From positions 43,710,001 to 43,774,000 of the forward strand of contig NC_043000.1 of the NCBI RefSeq assembly GCF_006345805.1: a DNA stretch of 64,000 nucleotides, in the 5' to 3' direction. The position numbers and the translations under genes are program-made. Below the pieces are notes generated by a model. It worked only from the letters and a program-made list of their open reading frames with translations. It made no database searches and was not told where the DNA came from. Of this stretch, positions 1-13,010 are shown piece after piece (position 1 is the first letter of the stretch; the number at the start of each line of letters is the position of its first letter). The DNA comes from Octopus sinensis (lineage: Eukaryota).

Positions 1-654
1 GGAGAGTGTTATAAGCATCTAGAAGTATTAGAATCTGACAGAGTAGTAAATACAGGAATGAAAACGAAAATTGAGAAGCGAAGACACGATAAGGTAGTCC
101 AAAACCTTCACTGACTACTATGCCGGGAGTATGGCTACGAGGTAACGGGTGCTTGGTACCAACAGAGACTAGAAAATATAATGGACGGCAAGGGGAATGC
201 AAAATTACTCTGGGACTTTGATTTCCAGATTAAAATGGTGTAAGAGCACCGAAGTCCGCATATGGTAACCTTCGTGATTGACAAACAAGAATGTCTAATA
301 ATCGACGCGGCAGACCAAGAGACCAACATATTATCATGACAGAATGAGAAACGACTGATAAATATGCATGCATGAAAATTAAGATCGCCAAGATAATCAT
401 GACGGTTGTCCCTATTGTCACTACAACCTTGGTTTCAATAACACCCAACATGAAGAAACACCTGAAAACTTTAGAAATACACTATAATCTAGGTGTATTG
501 CAAAAATCGGTATTACTTGTAACTGCACATATATTGCTTAAAGTCTTGTCTGTCTGAGATATTTGTTGTGAATTGACAGACAGTACAAACACCCGGTAGA
601 CACAGTATCTTCAATCAAAAACATCATGATTTTGGATACTGTGCGACGTCTTAA
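1..654 (+). mobile_element. Decayed 3' fragment of R4/Dong-like RLE non-LTR retrotransposon
   Basis: Broken frames give HDKVV..LH, WDFDFQ, CLIID and ...LQKSVLLVTAHILLKVLS* (RLE-LINE C-terminus). The 3' UTR runs into an (AAT/AAC)n tail at 655. Confidence 0.8.
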
Positions 655-702
655 ATAATAATAACAACAACAACAACAACAGCAACAAAAATAATAATAA
701 TA

Positions 703-737
<35 letters not shown>

Positions 738-857
738 TAATAATAATAATAATAATATATGAAGTGGAAGAAAATGAGGATGAATAATAATAATAAGAAG
801 AAGAAGAAGAAAGAAGAAGAAGGAAGAAGAAGAAGAGGAAGAAGAAGAAGAAAAAAA
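655..857. repeat. Compound (AAT)n/(AAC)n/(GAA)n microsatellite
   Basis: Directly visible. Confidence 0.95.
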
Positions 858-1430
858 GAAAAATCCTTTATTTATTAGCCACAAGAACCTACAAAAATAA
901 GATTGGACATTACAAAACATGAAAGACAGACGAGTTACATAAAGCGTCGTGTAAAAGTCAGTAACAATGAAAAGTATATAACAAAGAAAATGCCTAAAAG
1001 AGGCAAGCAACTCAGGGATATTCATGGAGACTCCACTAAAAATCCCTGTCTAAGTATGCTATATAAGTAGACATTACATGTCACCAATTTTTGATCTGTG
1101 TAGCGGACGATGTGAAACTGGACAACTAGTACTATCCCTATCTAAAGACTTGCTAAAAACTCTATCTAAATACGATGTGGATGTTCCGATGAGGTTTGCC
1201 CATGACTACATTGGCACATTTCGGAAATTAGTCGGTACCTGTCAGACAGCTAAAAGTGTCTGAGCAGCTTTGCGAGGCTTTTCCAACCCTCTTTCCTATC
1301 GGTTAGCCCCACACGTGAAGCCCATGTCTGTTCCCTCGTTGGTACGGTGTATATTTTCATTGCTGATATCAAAAGGAGTTCGGATTGAGAATGTGTGGCG
1401 TATTAGACTTGAAAAGAGGCAAAATAAAAA
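858..1430 (-). mobile_element. Tx1/L1-like LINE remnant: APE endonuclease C-terminus joined to 3' UTR
   Basis: Reverse strand reads GWKSLAKLLRHF, VPM*SWANLIGTSTSYLDRVF..DRD..CP and YTDQKLVTC (APE SYLD/SDH motifs). This is followed by a UTR-like segment ending AATAAATAAA. Confidence 0.65.
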
Positions 1431-1469
1431 ACATGAACGGGCTATCGATACCATCGGGGTGGGGGTAGG

Positions 1470-2537
1470 TTAGGAAGCAGATAGAAGAGAAGGGCGGTAA
1501 GTACTTGGGGATTTTGGAAATGGACAATTTTATGGAGAAAGAAATGACAGAAATTTAAGGTGGAGTACTTACGCAGACAGAGATTGATACTTAAGTCGAA
1601 AGTAAACGGACGGAATAAGATCGAAGCTATCAATATCTGAGCGGTTTCACTCTTTAGATATGGAGTGAGGATAATCGCATGGACAGTAGACGAACTAAAC
1701 AGCTTAGTCACAAAGACAAGGAAGTTGATAACTAGATATGCAGCACTCCACCCAAAAAGTGACACAGACAGACTATATGTACCAAGAAAAAGAGGGGGAA
1801 GAGGACTTATTGGATGCAATCACAGCATCAGATCAGAAGAAAGCAACATAGCATGGTGAGGAAAAGATGCCAGAGAACCGTTATTATTAGATGTAAGTAG
1901 GTCAGGCTTTTGTAGTATGAAATATTACTAAGATAAAGCACTGTACAAGCATTTGAAAACGATTGAAACTGAAAATAGATGGGTAAAGAAAAGAATGCAT
2001 GGACAATTTCACAGCGATGTTGAAGATAATATAGCAAGGCTTGTCCATTGGACACATTGCAACAAGTACGACCACAAACCCCAAGGCATCATCAAAAATG
2101 ATAATGCAAAGATCTTATGCGATTTTAGGGTTCAGTGCGACCATGAGATACAGAATAGGAAACCAGACATAATCTTAATTGAGAAAGTAACCAAAATATG
2201 CTGGATCATAGATTTAGCTTGTCCAGCTGACAGCAACTTATGTGATAAGGAAGAAAAATACCTGATAATTACGGGTGTTAAAGCAGTTGTGGTCGATGAA
2301 AAATGTAATGTGGTAGTGTTACCAATAATTTTCGCAGCCCTAGGAACAGTGAGTAAAAATCTGGAGAAGGACATAGAACAAATAGGGGCTGCAATAAGGG
2401 TAGGAAACTTGCAGGAAACAGCGATGCTTGGAATACCCCGGAAGGTGTTCGAAAAATAAGAGGATTTACCTTAGTTCACTGGTAAGTGAACAGCTGACAC
2501 CGTAGTACATCTCCATCGTTAGAAGCTGTGCAAAAGT
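1470..2537 (+). mobile_element. 5'-truncated R4/Dong-like RLE LINE (RT C-terminus plus RLE), frameshifted
   Basis: KYLGILE, LHPKSDTDRLYVPRKRGGRGLI and RKPDIILIEK..CWIIDLACPAD (PD-(D/E)xK). The stop at 2459 is followed by a short UTR and an (ATG)/(AAT)n tail. Confidence 0.88.
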
Positions 2538-2567
2538 AATGATGATGATGATGATAATAACAATAGC

Positions 2568-2636
<69 letters not shown>

Positions 2637-2661
2637 TAATAATAATAGTAATAATAATAAC

Positions 2662-2698
<37 letters not shown>

Positions 2699-2732
2699 TA
2701 ATAATAATAATAATAATATAATAATAATAATA
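2538..2732. repeat. (ATG)n/(AAT)n microsatellite
   Basis: Directly visible. Confidence 0.95.
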
Positions 2733-2733
2733 A

Positions 2734-2785
2734 CTAGCTGGGCCCGTGAAAACTTCACCGAAAATATAAAAAATCTTGCACCTAG
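2734..2785 (-). mobile_element. Probable Helitron 3' terminus
   Basis: Reverse strand CGGTGAAGTTTTCACGGGCCCAGCTAG|T is a subterminal hairpin followed by CTAG and a target T. Confidence 0.45.
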
Positions 2786-2799
2786 AAAGTTTCCCCTAG

Positions 2800-3000
2800 A
2801 GGCACAGGTCCAGGTAAGTTTGTTTGTAGAAGACCAGTAGTCGGCCTATGCAAACAGACGCCCCTCTCCATGCAATTCATGTTATCCAAGGAAAAGAAAA
2901 GGAAGATACAGCTAAGGGAAGTGGAGTAACGGGAAATAAAGTGTCTTGTTCAAGGACGCAACACAGTTCGGTCCGGTAATCGTACTCACTACCTCATGAT
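2800..3000 (-). mobile_element. tRNA-derived SINE fragment
   Basis: Reverse strand has a B-box-like GAGTACGATTACCGG followed by ...TTGAACAAGACACTTTATTTC, typical of a SINE head/body. Confidence 0.6.
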
Positions 3001-3849
3001 TTTAGTCTACATGTAATTACTTTACTTAATGTCGTGATAGAACACAAATTACTGTGTTATTTGCATTGAGAAAACCTCTTTATTTGTAACGTAGTATGTT
3101 TCACAGAACTTGTAATTCACCTAGTTAAAATAGGCCGTTTAGTTAGAGGACAACTTGCCGCCTGTTGTAGAAAATTGCTTTTACAGATGATTCGGGTTAA
3201 ATCTCGTAGACATGTTTCCTTCACTGAATGCACTCTCAGATTAATGTCAATTCAACAGGTTTTATAAACAGTTTTAAGCCTCTATGTAGTTCCATGATAT
3301 CGTCATATCGATAAGATAATTTTTCACCACATGACGAATTCACAATTCAAGTTAATATAAAAATCTAATATCACTTATTATTTTCGTTCATACTGTTCGA
3401 TCATAGACTTACCTAATCAGGGAATTCTTGTCGACAGCTGTATTTTGCATTCTTTCCTCTCAGGTTGTACTGAAAATCCTCCCTCCAAATTAAGAAAATT
3501 CCTTTCCTCATTATTAGGTCATGCATTTCTTGTCTCATAAAATATTTATAGATTTTTAGTGCATGAAAACCATATTCTACGTAAAAGTTCCTTTGCAGAA
3601 ATTTTCAGTGCTCACTCTCAGTCAACTTTGGAATTTCCAATTAAATGTCTACTGCGGTCTTGTGTGAATCATAGCACATTCTGTGACTGAATAAAGTATC
3701 ATTCTGATGTATAGTATGTAATGTAGCATATCCAGTTCACGTTTATTCACTTGGATTTTGTCTTTAGTGTCCCGTTTGTAGGCACGGACCGGTAGCCCTT
3801 TTCTTCAGCAACTCTTGCGTATTCTTGCAAAAGCTGAATGAATCTTCTT

Positions 3850-4900
3850 GCAATTATATTTTCACTTTTCCTCATTCTCCGTTCTTTTTTCCTTTTGTGG
3901 TTCTAATTATTTTCTGAATAAATTTCTACTTATCTCCTTCTGCAATATCTCTTGTTTCTCTTTTAGACAAGATCCTATATATGTCCTCTCTATCCCTACG
4001 TTCCTTGTTAAAACTAACTCGTTTTCTTTTCCTTTATAACTGTTATTATTTATAATTAGCTTGCATGTTCCAGCGCATAATGAATAATTCCTATTTTTTT
4101 CAATGTGATTCAGCTCCCCATTTCTCCATGCAATAATTCGTACTGATACCAACTTATTGACACTGGCATCCGGTCGATTACTTGCATGATATGTTCTGCA
4201 TAAAATATTTATACGTACATTTTCTTTCATTTTCGTTATTTCAACTCTATTTAATGCGTTTATATTCTCACCATTCCCGAGCTCAATACTAATAATTTAT
4301 ACTCGTTTTCCTAACTTCGTATATATCGTAGCATATTCTCTTACTCAGAAAATATTTCAAAATCATCACTAATTTTTCTGAAACCTAACAATAAGGAGGC
4401 CAGGTTTTTATGTTTCTGTAGTATAAAGTTTAAAATCCCCATTAATAAGGGATGATGGAACTTCACATGTATTTTAATTATCTTCCTTCAGCGTATTTTA
4501 CTCTTTTAAAACGATAAGTTCTCTGATCTATATCTGAGTTAATCATATACTTCTAAATCATAACCCTACTCATGAGCGATACTTTACTTTTTTCTAATAG
4601 ATAGTTACATTTCTCTGAGATCGTTATCATATGATACGTGAGTATGCAACTCCGTCGTATGCATTACCACAAATCACCCATGCAATATTTAAAATTGTCA
4701 ACATTTTCCTACATTTTCTAAACAAATGATGTCCACCATTATTCGGTCTTTTGTATTTCTGAAGTTTTTATGACAGTGTTTCTGCTCATAAAGCATAAGC
4801 TGTATATTTTATAGGTTGATATTATCCATTTGCAAACACCCTGTTGTTGATAGATATGCAAATAGTCGTTATAAGGGGGCACTATTTCCAATCAATTTGG
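3850..4900 (-). mobile_element. Highly decayed R4/Dong-like LINE (RT region)
   Basis: Reverse strand 4630-4690 reads NIAWVICGNAYDGVAYSRII (cf. AWIDYKKAFDSVPHSWI). ORF 3907-4230 contains VRIIAWRNGELNHIEK. Confidence 0.55.
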
Positions 4901-5278
4901 TTTTTAGTATTGAGTAGTTTATTCCTTTTAATCACCAGATCGGTATTTTCTCTTTCATATTTTCATATATATTCATTCAGCCGTATCAATATAAAGATTC
5001 ATAAATTCTTTTAGTAAGTACCTATGGAGCCACATCTAGTTCAGACTATTAAAGCTTTCCAACATTTCTTATTTGTTTTCGGAGATTTACTTTCGGGAGC
5101 GTAACAACATTATGAACTCAGTTTTATCTCTAATATTTCAGTTGCTTCAATATTTTGTTGGGCATATTTAGCTATCCACTTGCTTATCTACTTTTCTATC
5201 TACCTATTTACGTATTTATCTCCACCTGCCTGCCTCTTTCTTTCTATCTCTCTGTATATATATAGATATGTATCTATG

Positions 5279-5291
5279 CATGTGTGTGTAT

Positions 5292-5337
<46 letters not shown>

Positions 5338-5346
5338 ATATATATC

Positions 5347-5404
<58 letters not shown>

Positions 5405-5415
5405 TATATATACAC
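5279..5415. repeat. (TG)n/(TA)n microsatellite
   Basis: Directly visible. Confidence 0.95.
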
Positions 5416-6897
5416 ACATCGTACATCAATATTTATACCCTTAAAACATAAAATGTTATAGCTATAGTAACGATTAATGCTTTTATAAATTGTGCAGCAA
5501 ATCCAGTGTAAGAAAATTGTCGTAATGTTACCGACTGAAATGTTTCTCAAGGGCAAAAATATGTAATGTAAAATGCGAGAAAACAACTTTTTTAAACAAC
5601 GTATTTCAATGTATTCCAACAGCTGATTCATAAAGAATATGCATAACAAGTCCACAAATACGTAAATAGTATTTTAATCAGTAGAAATTATTTCAAACAA
5701 AATTACTTTAAATCAAAGTACACCACAATCATCAAGAATACTACCGGATATTTCAATCTTAAAGCGTGGCTCTTTTAAATACCTGTGTGTCAGATGGAAT
5801 CCTGTATACGATGTATAAATGTATGTACGCTTGTACGTATATAAGTATCAATATTTGTACACACTCACACACACGCTCGCACACACACACACATCCCCCC
5901 ACACATATATATATTTCTATATATCATAAGCTATACATCATCTACAGAACTGACAATGAGCACTTTATGTCATGATATTCCGTATACGAATAATTCTATG
6001 CAAACAACGCGATCGAAGATATTGCAGAAGCTATTGCTCGTGAAAGAGATCAATGCCTCTTGAAATATATTTATACACCCATTACACATATTTTCTATCT
6101 TCGATCAGATTGATTACATTGGCCTATGCATATTTGAAAGTTGTAACTTTGATTGCTACTTGTGAATCCTATAGAAAATTAATACTTCCTCGCTTACAAA
6201 CGAGAATATCGCACTGCTAACATAAAAAAGTAAGAGGTAATATTGACTAGTAAACCTTTTATAGCCTTGGTATTACATTATGGTTGCAAAACGAAATAAT
6301 ACGTCCCTTGCCAGTAATTATGTTCTGCAAAAGGGCTACCATTTGCAAGCTCCGCACACCGGGCGCTAGAAGGCTTATGGGGTCATTATGAGATAATGCA
6401 CGCTGTTTCGGTGCCTTAGTCTTGACGGAACCACTGCGCACCCATTTCCTCAATGGGGTCCCGCTTGGTAAGTGATCTGCTCACTAGGTTTCAATCAGCA
6501 GAATTTTAGCCATTGCTCATCGCTTCTTTTTAATCAAATCCAGTATCTTACCGATTCCCTATAGTCTCGATATCTCTCTTGAGGAATTCTCTTTACGATG
6601 AGTTAGGCTAGTGACAACAACAAACCTTTCACACTGTCACCAATGAATTCTTTTCTTCTACCTTCAATCGAAAGACAATCTGCTTTCTAGCCTATGTCTT
6701 TATAGAAGTTTTTATTAAGGTTGATCTTTCCTATCCATACGGCGTCCATGCTAGCTTCGTCAAGAACCGCTAACTCGACTAGATTTACTACTTTTTTACA
6801 CACACATAATATCTGGCGTGTACGTAGAAAGAATGAGGAATATTGCTTGACGTCATAGTAAATCTATAGCCGGCTCCCAATAGCCGTTCCGCTTCTC

Positions 6898-7695
6898 ATT
6901 TACTTGTTTCAGTCATTAGACTCCGGCTAGCTGTTGCACCACCAAGAACCTTTAGTCGAACTAATCGACACCAGTACTTTTTAAAGTTTGGTAATTATGG
7001 GAGGGAATTCTTTTGATGAATTGCTAAGTTACAGGGGCGTAAGCAGACCAACATCGTTTGTGAAGCTGTGGTAAGTGACAGACACAGGAACAAAGACACA
7101 CACACACACACACACAAACGCACACATACATACACGACGAACTTCTTTCCCGTTCTGTCTACGAATTCCACTCACAAGCCTTTGATCGACCCGAGTCTAT
7201 AGTAAAAAACACTCAGTAGTGAGCCACGCAGTGAGACCGAACCCTGAGCTATGTGGTTGGGAAGCATGCTTTTTAGCATATATGTTTCTTTACTACCCAC
7301 AAGGGGCTAAACATAGAGGGGACAAACAAGGACAGACAAACGGATTAAGTCGATTACATCGGCCCCAGTGCGTAACTGGTACTTAATTTATCGACCCCAA
7401 AAGGATGAAAGGCAAAGTCGACCTCGGCGGAATTTGAACTCAGAACGTAGCGACGGGCGAAATACCGCGAAGCACTTCGCCCGGCGTGCTAACGTCTCTG
7501 CCAGCTCGCCGCCTTTAAAGTACGGAAATAGTTATATAATGCTGAAATTAGTAATTTATATGCGAATATTTTATAGAATATATCTTTCATAAATCACGAC
7601 TTATTAAGCAATTACATTCCAAACGTAGTTAGAAAGATCAACATAAATATATATTTTCCATAAATATATATTTTAGCATATAGCCACGCCTTCAC
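6898..7695 (-). mobile_element. tRNA-derived SINE (same family as 31893-32285) interrupted by a 400-bp insertion at 7283-7682
   Basis: The tail (TTACTTGTTTCAGTCA), internal CA repeat and head resume after the insertion. TTTTAGCATATA is duplicated at 7271-7282 and 7671-7682. Confidence 0.8.
7283..7515 (-). mobile_element. Young tRNA-derived SINE (AAGGCGGCGAGCTGGCAGA family)
   Basis: A box and B box (GAGTTCAAATTCC) with a conserved GTCGACTTTGCCTTTCATCC core; homologous to 9590-9825. Confidence 0.9.
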
Positions 7696-8725
7696 TTATG
7701 TGTGTGTGTATGTGTGTGTGTGCGTGTGTGTGTGTGCGTGTGTATGTGTGTGTGTTCTTGTGTAATACATGTAGTTGCTAAATGCCAAGTTGAACACTTT
7801 TCATTGGCTTCACATTAACTTAAGTTGCCATTTGAGTCAATTAATCATGTCGTTACCCCACCAACAACTAATATCTTGTCTCCATGTATAGTGAGATTAT
7901 TCCTTGACAGTTAATGCAAAAACCTACTCTTTTGCTCGTCGCGAAAAGTAATAAGCTGTGTATTGTTTTTAATCTAATCTAATGACATGCATAACCTAAA
8001 TTCTATATAGATACTATTCCTAATTTCAAACGGGATTATTACAAACATTGCTATTTACTTTCTGAAGATATCATAGAGAAACGCCACTTCCAATCTTCAG
8101 TTTATCTTCACTTACAAAGTAAATACATTTCCTGTAACTTTAAATGATGCCTATCAAAATCTTCATATTCTTAAGTAGGTGGTAGAAATGTCTGCCGTTT
8201 ACGTAAGGACGAAGTTTTAAATATTAGTAAGGCTGTCTAGAATTTCTTGCCTTCTTAATTCGAAACATGAAATTATTATCTCCCATCATGTCTCTAAATA
8301 AATAACAACTGCGTTTTGTTGGAAAGGTAATACCCAGCAAGAGTATGTAATATGTTACCGTAACAAGAATTATATGACTAATCATCCGATGTTAATCGAA
8401 TATACAACAGAAATATGATTCAAATGAACATTGTGAGTGCGTATGCTTTTTATAAGTTTGTATACAGATGTGAATTTGTGCATTCATGTTTTTATATGGA
8501 ACTCATAAGCACATGAATGTGGTTATATCTGTGGTTATCTTTCGTGTATGTTTAGTGCTCATCTTTTGTGTCAGCGTTCGCCCTGAATAAATGAGGTCTT
8601 GATGCGACAAGAGACCGTTCTTAAAACTTGAAAATCACTCGTAAACAGACGTTTGAAGTATGATAACTGTTTCGGCCGCCGTTTGCTGAAACACAAAGCA
8701 TAATTTCAAGGAATCATGCTCCTCG

Positions 8726-8764
8726 TATATATATATATATAATACACACACACACACACACAAA

Positions 8765-8826
<62 letters not shown>

Positions 8827-8873
8827 CATACATACATAAGTATATAATATATATATGTATATACATATATATA

Positions 8874-8921
<48 letters not shown>

Positions 8922-8983
8922 AATATAAATATATATATAAATATGTATATATATATATATTATATATATATATATTATATATA

Positions 8984-9032
<49 letters not shown>

Positions 9033-9045
9033 CACACACACACAT
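8726..9045. repeat. (TA)n/(CA)n compound microsatellite
   Basis: Directly visible. Confidence 0.95.
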
Positions 9046-9589
9046 ATCACAATTATTGATAACATAATTCGTCGAATTGTTGTTCTGTCGAGCGTGTAAT
9101 TCTTCAGTTTATAAAGCAAAGAAACATTTATTAATATTTTCAACTTCATCCCATTTAAAAGAATTGACCAATAAATAATGTTGTAAACATCCGAAAATGC
9201 GGTATTCAGGTGGTGCAAGAACATGAGAGCATGTATTTCGTTCCATTATCTTTTCCTGGATGAGGTTAACAACATATCTTCTATCATTATTATGTATGTG
9301 CAGCTCCTCTTATTCATTCAACAATAACAGATTTCTAATTGATGATAATGTTTTTCTGTATTAACTCTTTCATTTCGGTTTTACACTTCCTGACCAACTA
9401 CACCTTCCCACTAGCAAAAAAGTCCGTATATACTGTCAAGTGTAGTTCTGGGTTCAGGGTGGATTCTCCTTTTTCATTAGGTGCTAACAGTATTCAAGTT
9501 ACTTGCATGTGATTATAAAGTATGTACTCTTCATTAATTCTCATAAAGTATTGGGTGGAAAAATATATTTAATATATTTAATACATTTC

Positions 9590-9825
9590 AGGCGGCGAGC
9601 TGGCAGAAACGTTAGCACGCCGGGCAAAATGCTTAGCGGTATTTCATCTGCCGTTACGTTCTGAGTGGACATTCCGCCGAGGTCACCTTTGCCCTTAATT
9701 ATTTCGGGGTCGATAAATTAAGTACCAGTTACGCCCTGGGGTCAATGTAATCGACTTAATCCCCTTGTCTGTCCTTGTTTGTTCCCTCTATGTTTAGCAC
9801 CCATTGAGCAATACAGAAATATGAA
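9590..9825 (+). mobile_element. tRNA-derived SINE (AGGCGGCGAGCTGGCAGA family)
   Basis: Head GGCGGCGAGCTGGCAGAAACGTTAGC and core GGGGTCGATAAATTAAGTACCAG; several homologues in this window. Confidence 0.9.
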
Positions 9826-12492
9826 ATATATTTAATTCATCTATGTCAATTAGGGAATTGCTTTTTATGAAGCATTTAATCAGTAAGTTGTTCATTATTC
9901 ATAACTGATATTAGAAATAAGATACAATTCTCTCAAATATTTTTCCTGAAAAATACACAGATCAATTACTTCCCATTTGATTTCGACTGTCATCTATGCA
10001 AAATGAATTCTTGTATCAGCTCTTGATATTGTGATAACTAGTGGATCAGATGTAATTTGCCGAATATATATGTGATGTGATATACAATATTACTAACATT
10101 TTGTAGTTATAATATTATACCGCCACTTAATGGATCACTATTTCCAAGATCAAAATGCTTTAAATAAGACTAAACACCGCGCCATATATTTCCATGAGTG
10201 ACGCTCATTATATATCTCTAGTAATTTTGAAGTGTTGCACTCATTGTGGCTTCAGTAACTGACTAATGTAACAGAGGTCCACTCCTTAAATAAATATAGT
10301 GAATTATCAGATGATACGTGTATAAAGTAACCGAGGGGAATCAAATCGCCTTACAATATGCACATTCAAGGGTTTAGAAGATTGGGATTACGAAACGCAA
10401 CAGTGTGGTAAAGCAACCATCTTTTATAGAATATGTTGAGATGCTTGTATTGTGAAACCGAGGGACTGCTTTATATGTCTTCTTTTAGTGTCCGTCATTG
10501 GAAAGCTGTTAAAAATTTTCTATTACTGAAATCAATTTATCGATCTAAAACTATATAAACAACTGTTAACTAGCAGATCTTATCAACTCATAACGTTAAA
10601 AAATCTTCTATTTCAGTAAAAATGAAATATAAATAAGCATAAGGGTTTGAAGATTTCATAATACATATATATGAAATAAAGATTTATGGCGTATAAGTCA
10701 CTTTATTTAGCTACACATGATGGAATGATTGTGTTAAGCAGGAAAATAATTGTTCTTCTTTAATTCGTTTTATGAATAGATTATTGCTTCTGTAGAAAGT
10801 AGACGCCTCAACAAATAAATAAAAAAAACAAATAAAGATGATAAATACAGTTTGGAAGTAAACATTCATAATTACATAGAACGAAAAAATATGTTAAAGC
10901 AAATCTAAAAAGTATAAATTGTCATTTTAGTGACAACGGAATTGGAAAATATATATTTATGTTGATGTTTCTAACTACGGTTGGAATGTAATTGTTTAAT
11001 AAGTCGTGATTTATGAAAGATATATTCTATAAAATATTCACATATAAATTACTAATTTCAGCATTATATAACTATTTCCGTACTATCAATATCTTGTATA
11101 TATTTTGGAGGGAAAAATGTCGTGTACAGGCTATATTACATCACATTATTAAACGATTTACAGCATTATAACACTAAGAAATGCTTTAAAATGCATCGTT
11201 TCTCATTTTGTGTTGATTGGAGTATGATTCAAGAAATAGAAGGAAATCAATCGGCCCAATTCCTTTCTTAATTTTCTTTCTGAAACATTCACAGATGAAA
11301 TAAATCAAATTTTAAATAAAATTAGCCGGTAATCTAATGTATAAACCATTGTGTTCCCAACGCGTAACAAAGTCTTTTAAATGAGGAGTTCAAAATGTCT
11401 ACTCCCGAGCTCTGCAACTCTCCTAACATGCAAATGTTGTCTATACCAGTGTCTATAATGCTTAGATATCTAAATGTGAGTTTGGAGCGCATATGAATGT
11501 TGTCTAAAATATTGTTTGGTGCTCGTGGAAGAGCATCTATATAGATGAATTGTGATTCTTTCCAGATATAAAATTCTGCAGAAATTTTACAATGATATGT
11601 CTGTTGACAAATTTACTGTTAAATTAGACAATTAATAGGAAATCGGTTTATAAGAGGGTTATAAATATGACGTGAGAGATAACACCAATAACTTACGTGA
11701 AGAGTCATTAAAGAACGGTTTCTGAAAGTGTATAAAATATAGAGGACCAATTAAAACAAATAGATCATAAAGAATGCTATATATTGACGGTTTTGTTATA
11801 TGATATTCCCGATCTAAGAAAATTTATCAAAGACAATGATTATTGAAATAAGTAATATCAATCTGTGCAAAAGAGGGGAAAAGTTTGAAATTAACATCCT
11901 TTTATCAACTGGAATTTACAGACAATGGTTAGCAGGAATATAAAAATTACTATTTGGGTCTGAGAACTACAGCATCTCAGGTTTTGTATCTTTTACGTAT
12001 TGGGAAAGCATGTTTTAGCTCATCCTACTTATAGAATAGAAGCAGAGTAATTTCTAAAGACAAAAAGAAAACGCGTGAAGAACATGACACTATGTTCTAG
12101 TGAGGGTGCAGCACAGAATTCTAAACGATGTCAAAAATTAAAGAAATGGCAAAAATATGTACAGAACTGTTGAAGATGAAATAAGCCTAATACTGCTTGA
12201 GAATTGTGGACTTAGGGAATGAAGTCAGGATAACATTACTACATATTACTGTGATAGCAGTGCCATAGTCGAAATGAAAATTTTACTTTTCTGTGGTGGA
12301 TTAAGAAGGGGAAAGGATTAGGAAGCACCAGAATTGTAGCACAGAATTATTTTAGCATTAATTGGCTCACATTTTAGCATTCATGTCCACATCTCCACGT
12401 TTTAAAGGAAAGGAGAAAATATGGTTGTAAGAACATTACAATTAAAGCCTGAAGTATACCTGAATATTTAATAACAACTGTTGTGCCTCAAG

Positions 12493-13010
12493 ACAAATCC
12501 CCAGGCTAAAGAAGGGCTTCCCCACGCATGGTGTTGCTTTCCTTTTGGTTGGATATAAAAGGTTTATTCTACTTTGAACTTTTAAACCGAAACCAAATAA
12601 TAACAAAGAAGAGCAGCTTGGGCGGCTTAAGTCAGCACTAGAAGAAAAACGTCCTTCTTTGGTTTCAAGACGAAATGTGTTCTTCCATCAGGATAATGCT
12701 CAGCCAATACAGTGAGGATGACATTCCAAAGGCTGGAGTAATTTGAACGGGAGACGATGCTCATTATCATTTATTCCGCAGTCTTCAAAATCACTTGGAC
12801 GGAAAAACATGAATTCTGTACTGGAGGAGAATTTTCCGTTAAGAACAAGCGAAATTTTGAAGAGTGGCTTCGCAAGTCTACTATATAAATCGAAGAGCAT
12901 TGCAGAAAATGAAGGAGCGTATATTTTAGATTAAGAAAGAACTTTTATTATCTTAATTTTGAAAAATAAGAGAAATGTAGAAAACAGCATTATTTATGGG
13001 ATGATTCAAT
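12493..13010 (+). mobile_element. mariner transposon 3' half with terminal inverted repeat
   Basis: Broken frames: LKSALEEKRPSLVSRRNVFFHQDNAQP and YHLFRSLQNHLDGK. It ends GCATTATTTATGGGATGATTCAAT, the same TIR as 59570-59596. Confidence 0.85.
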
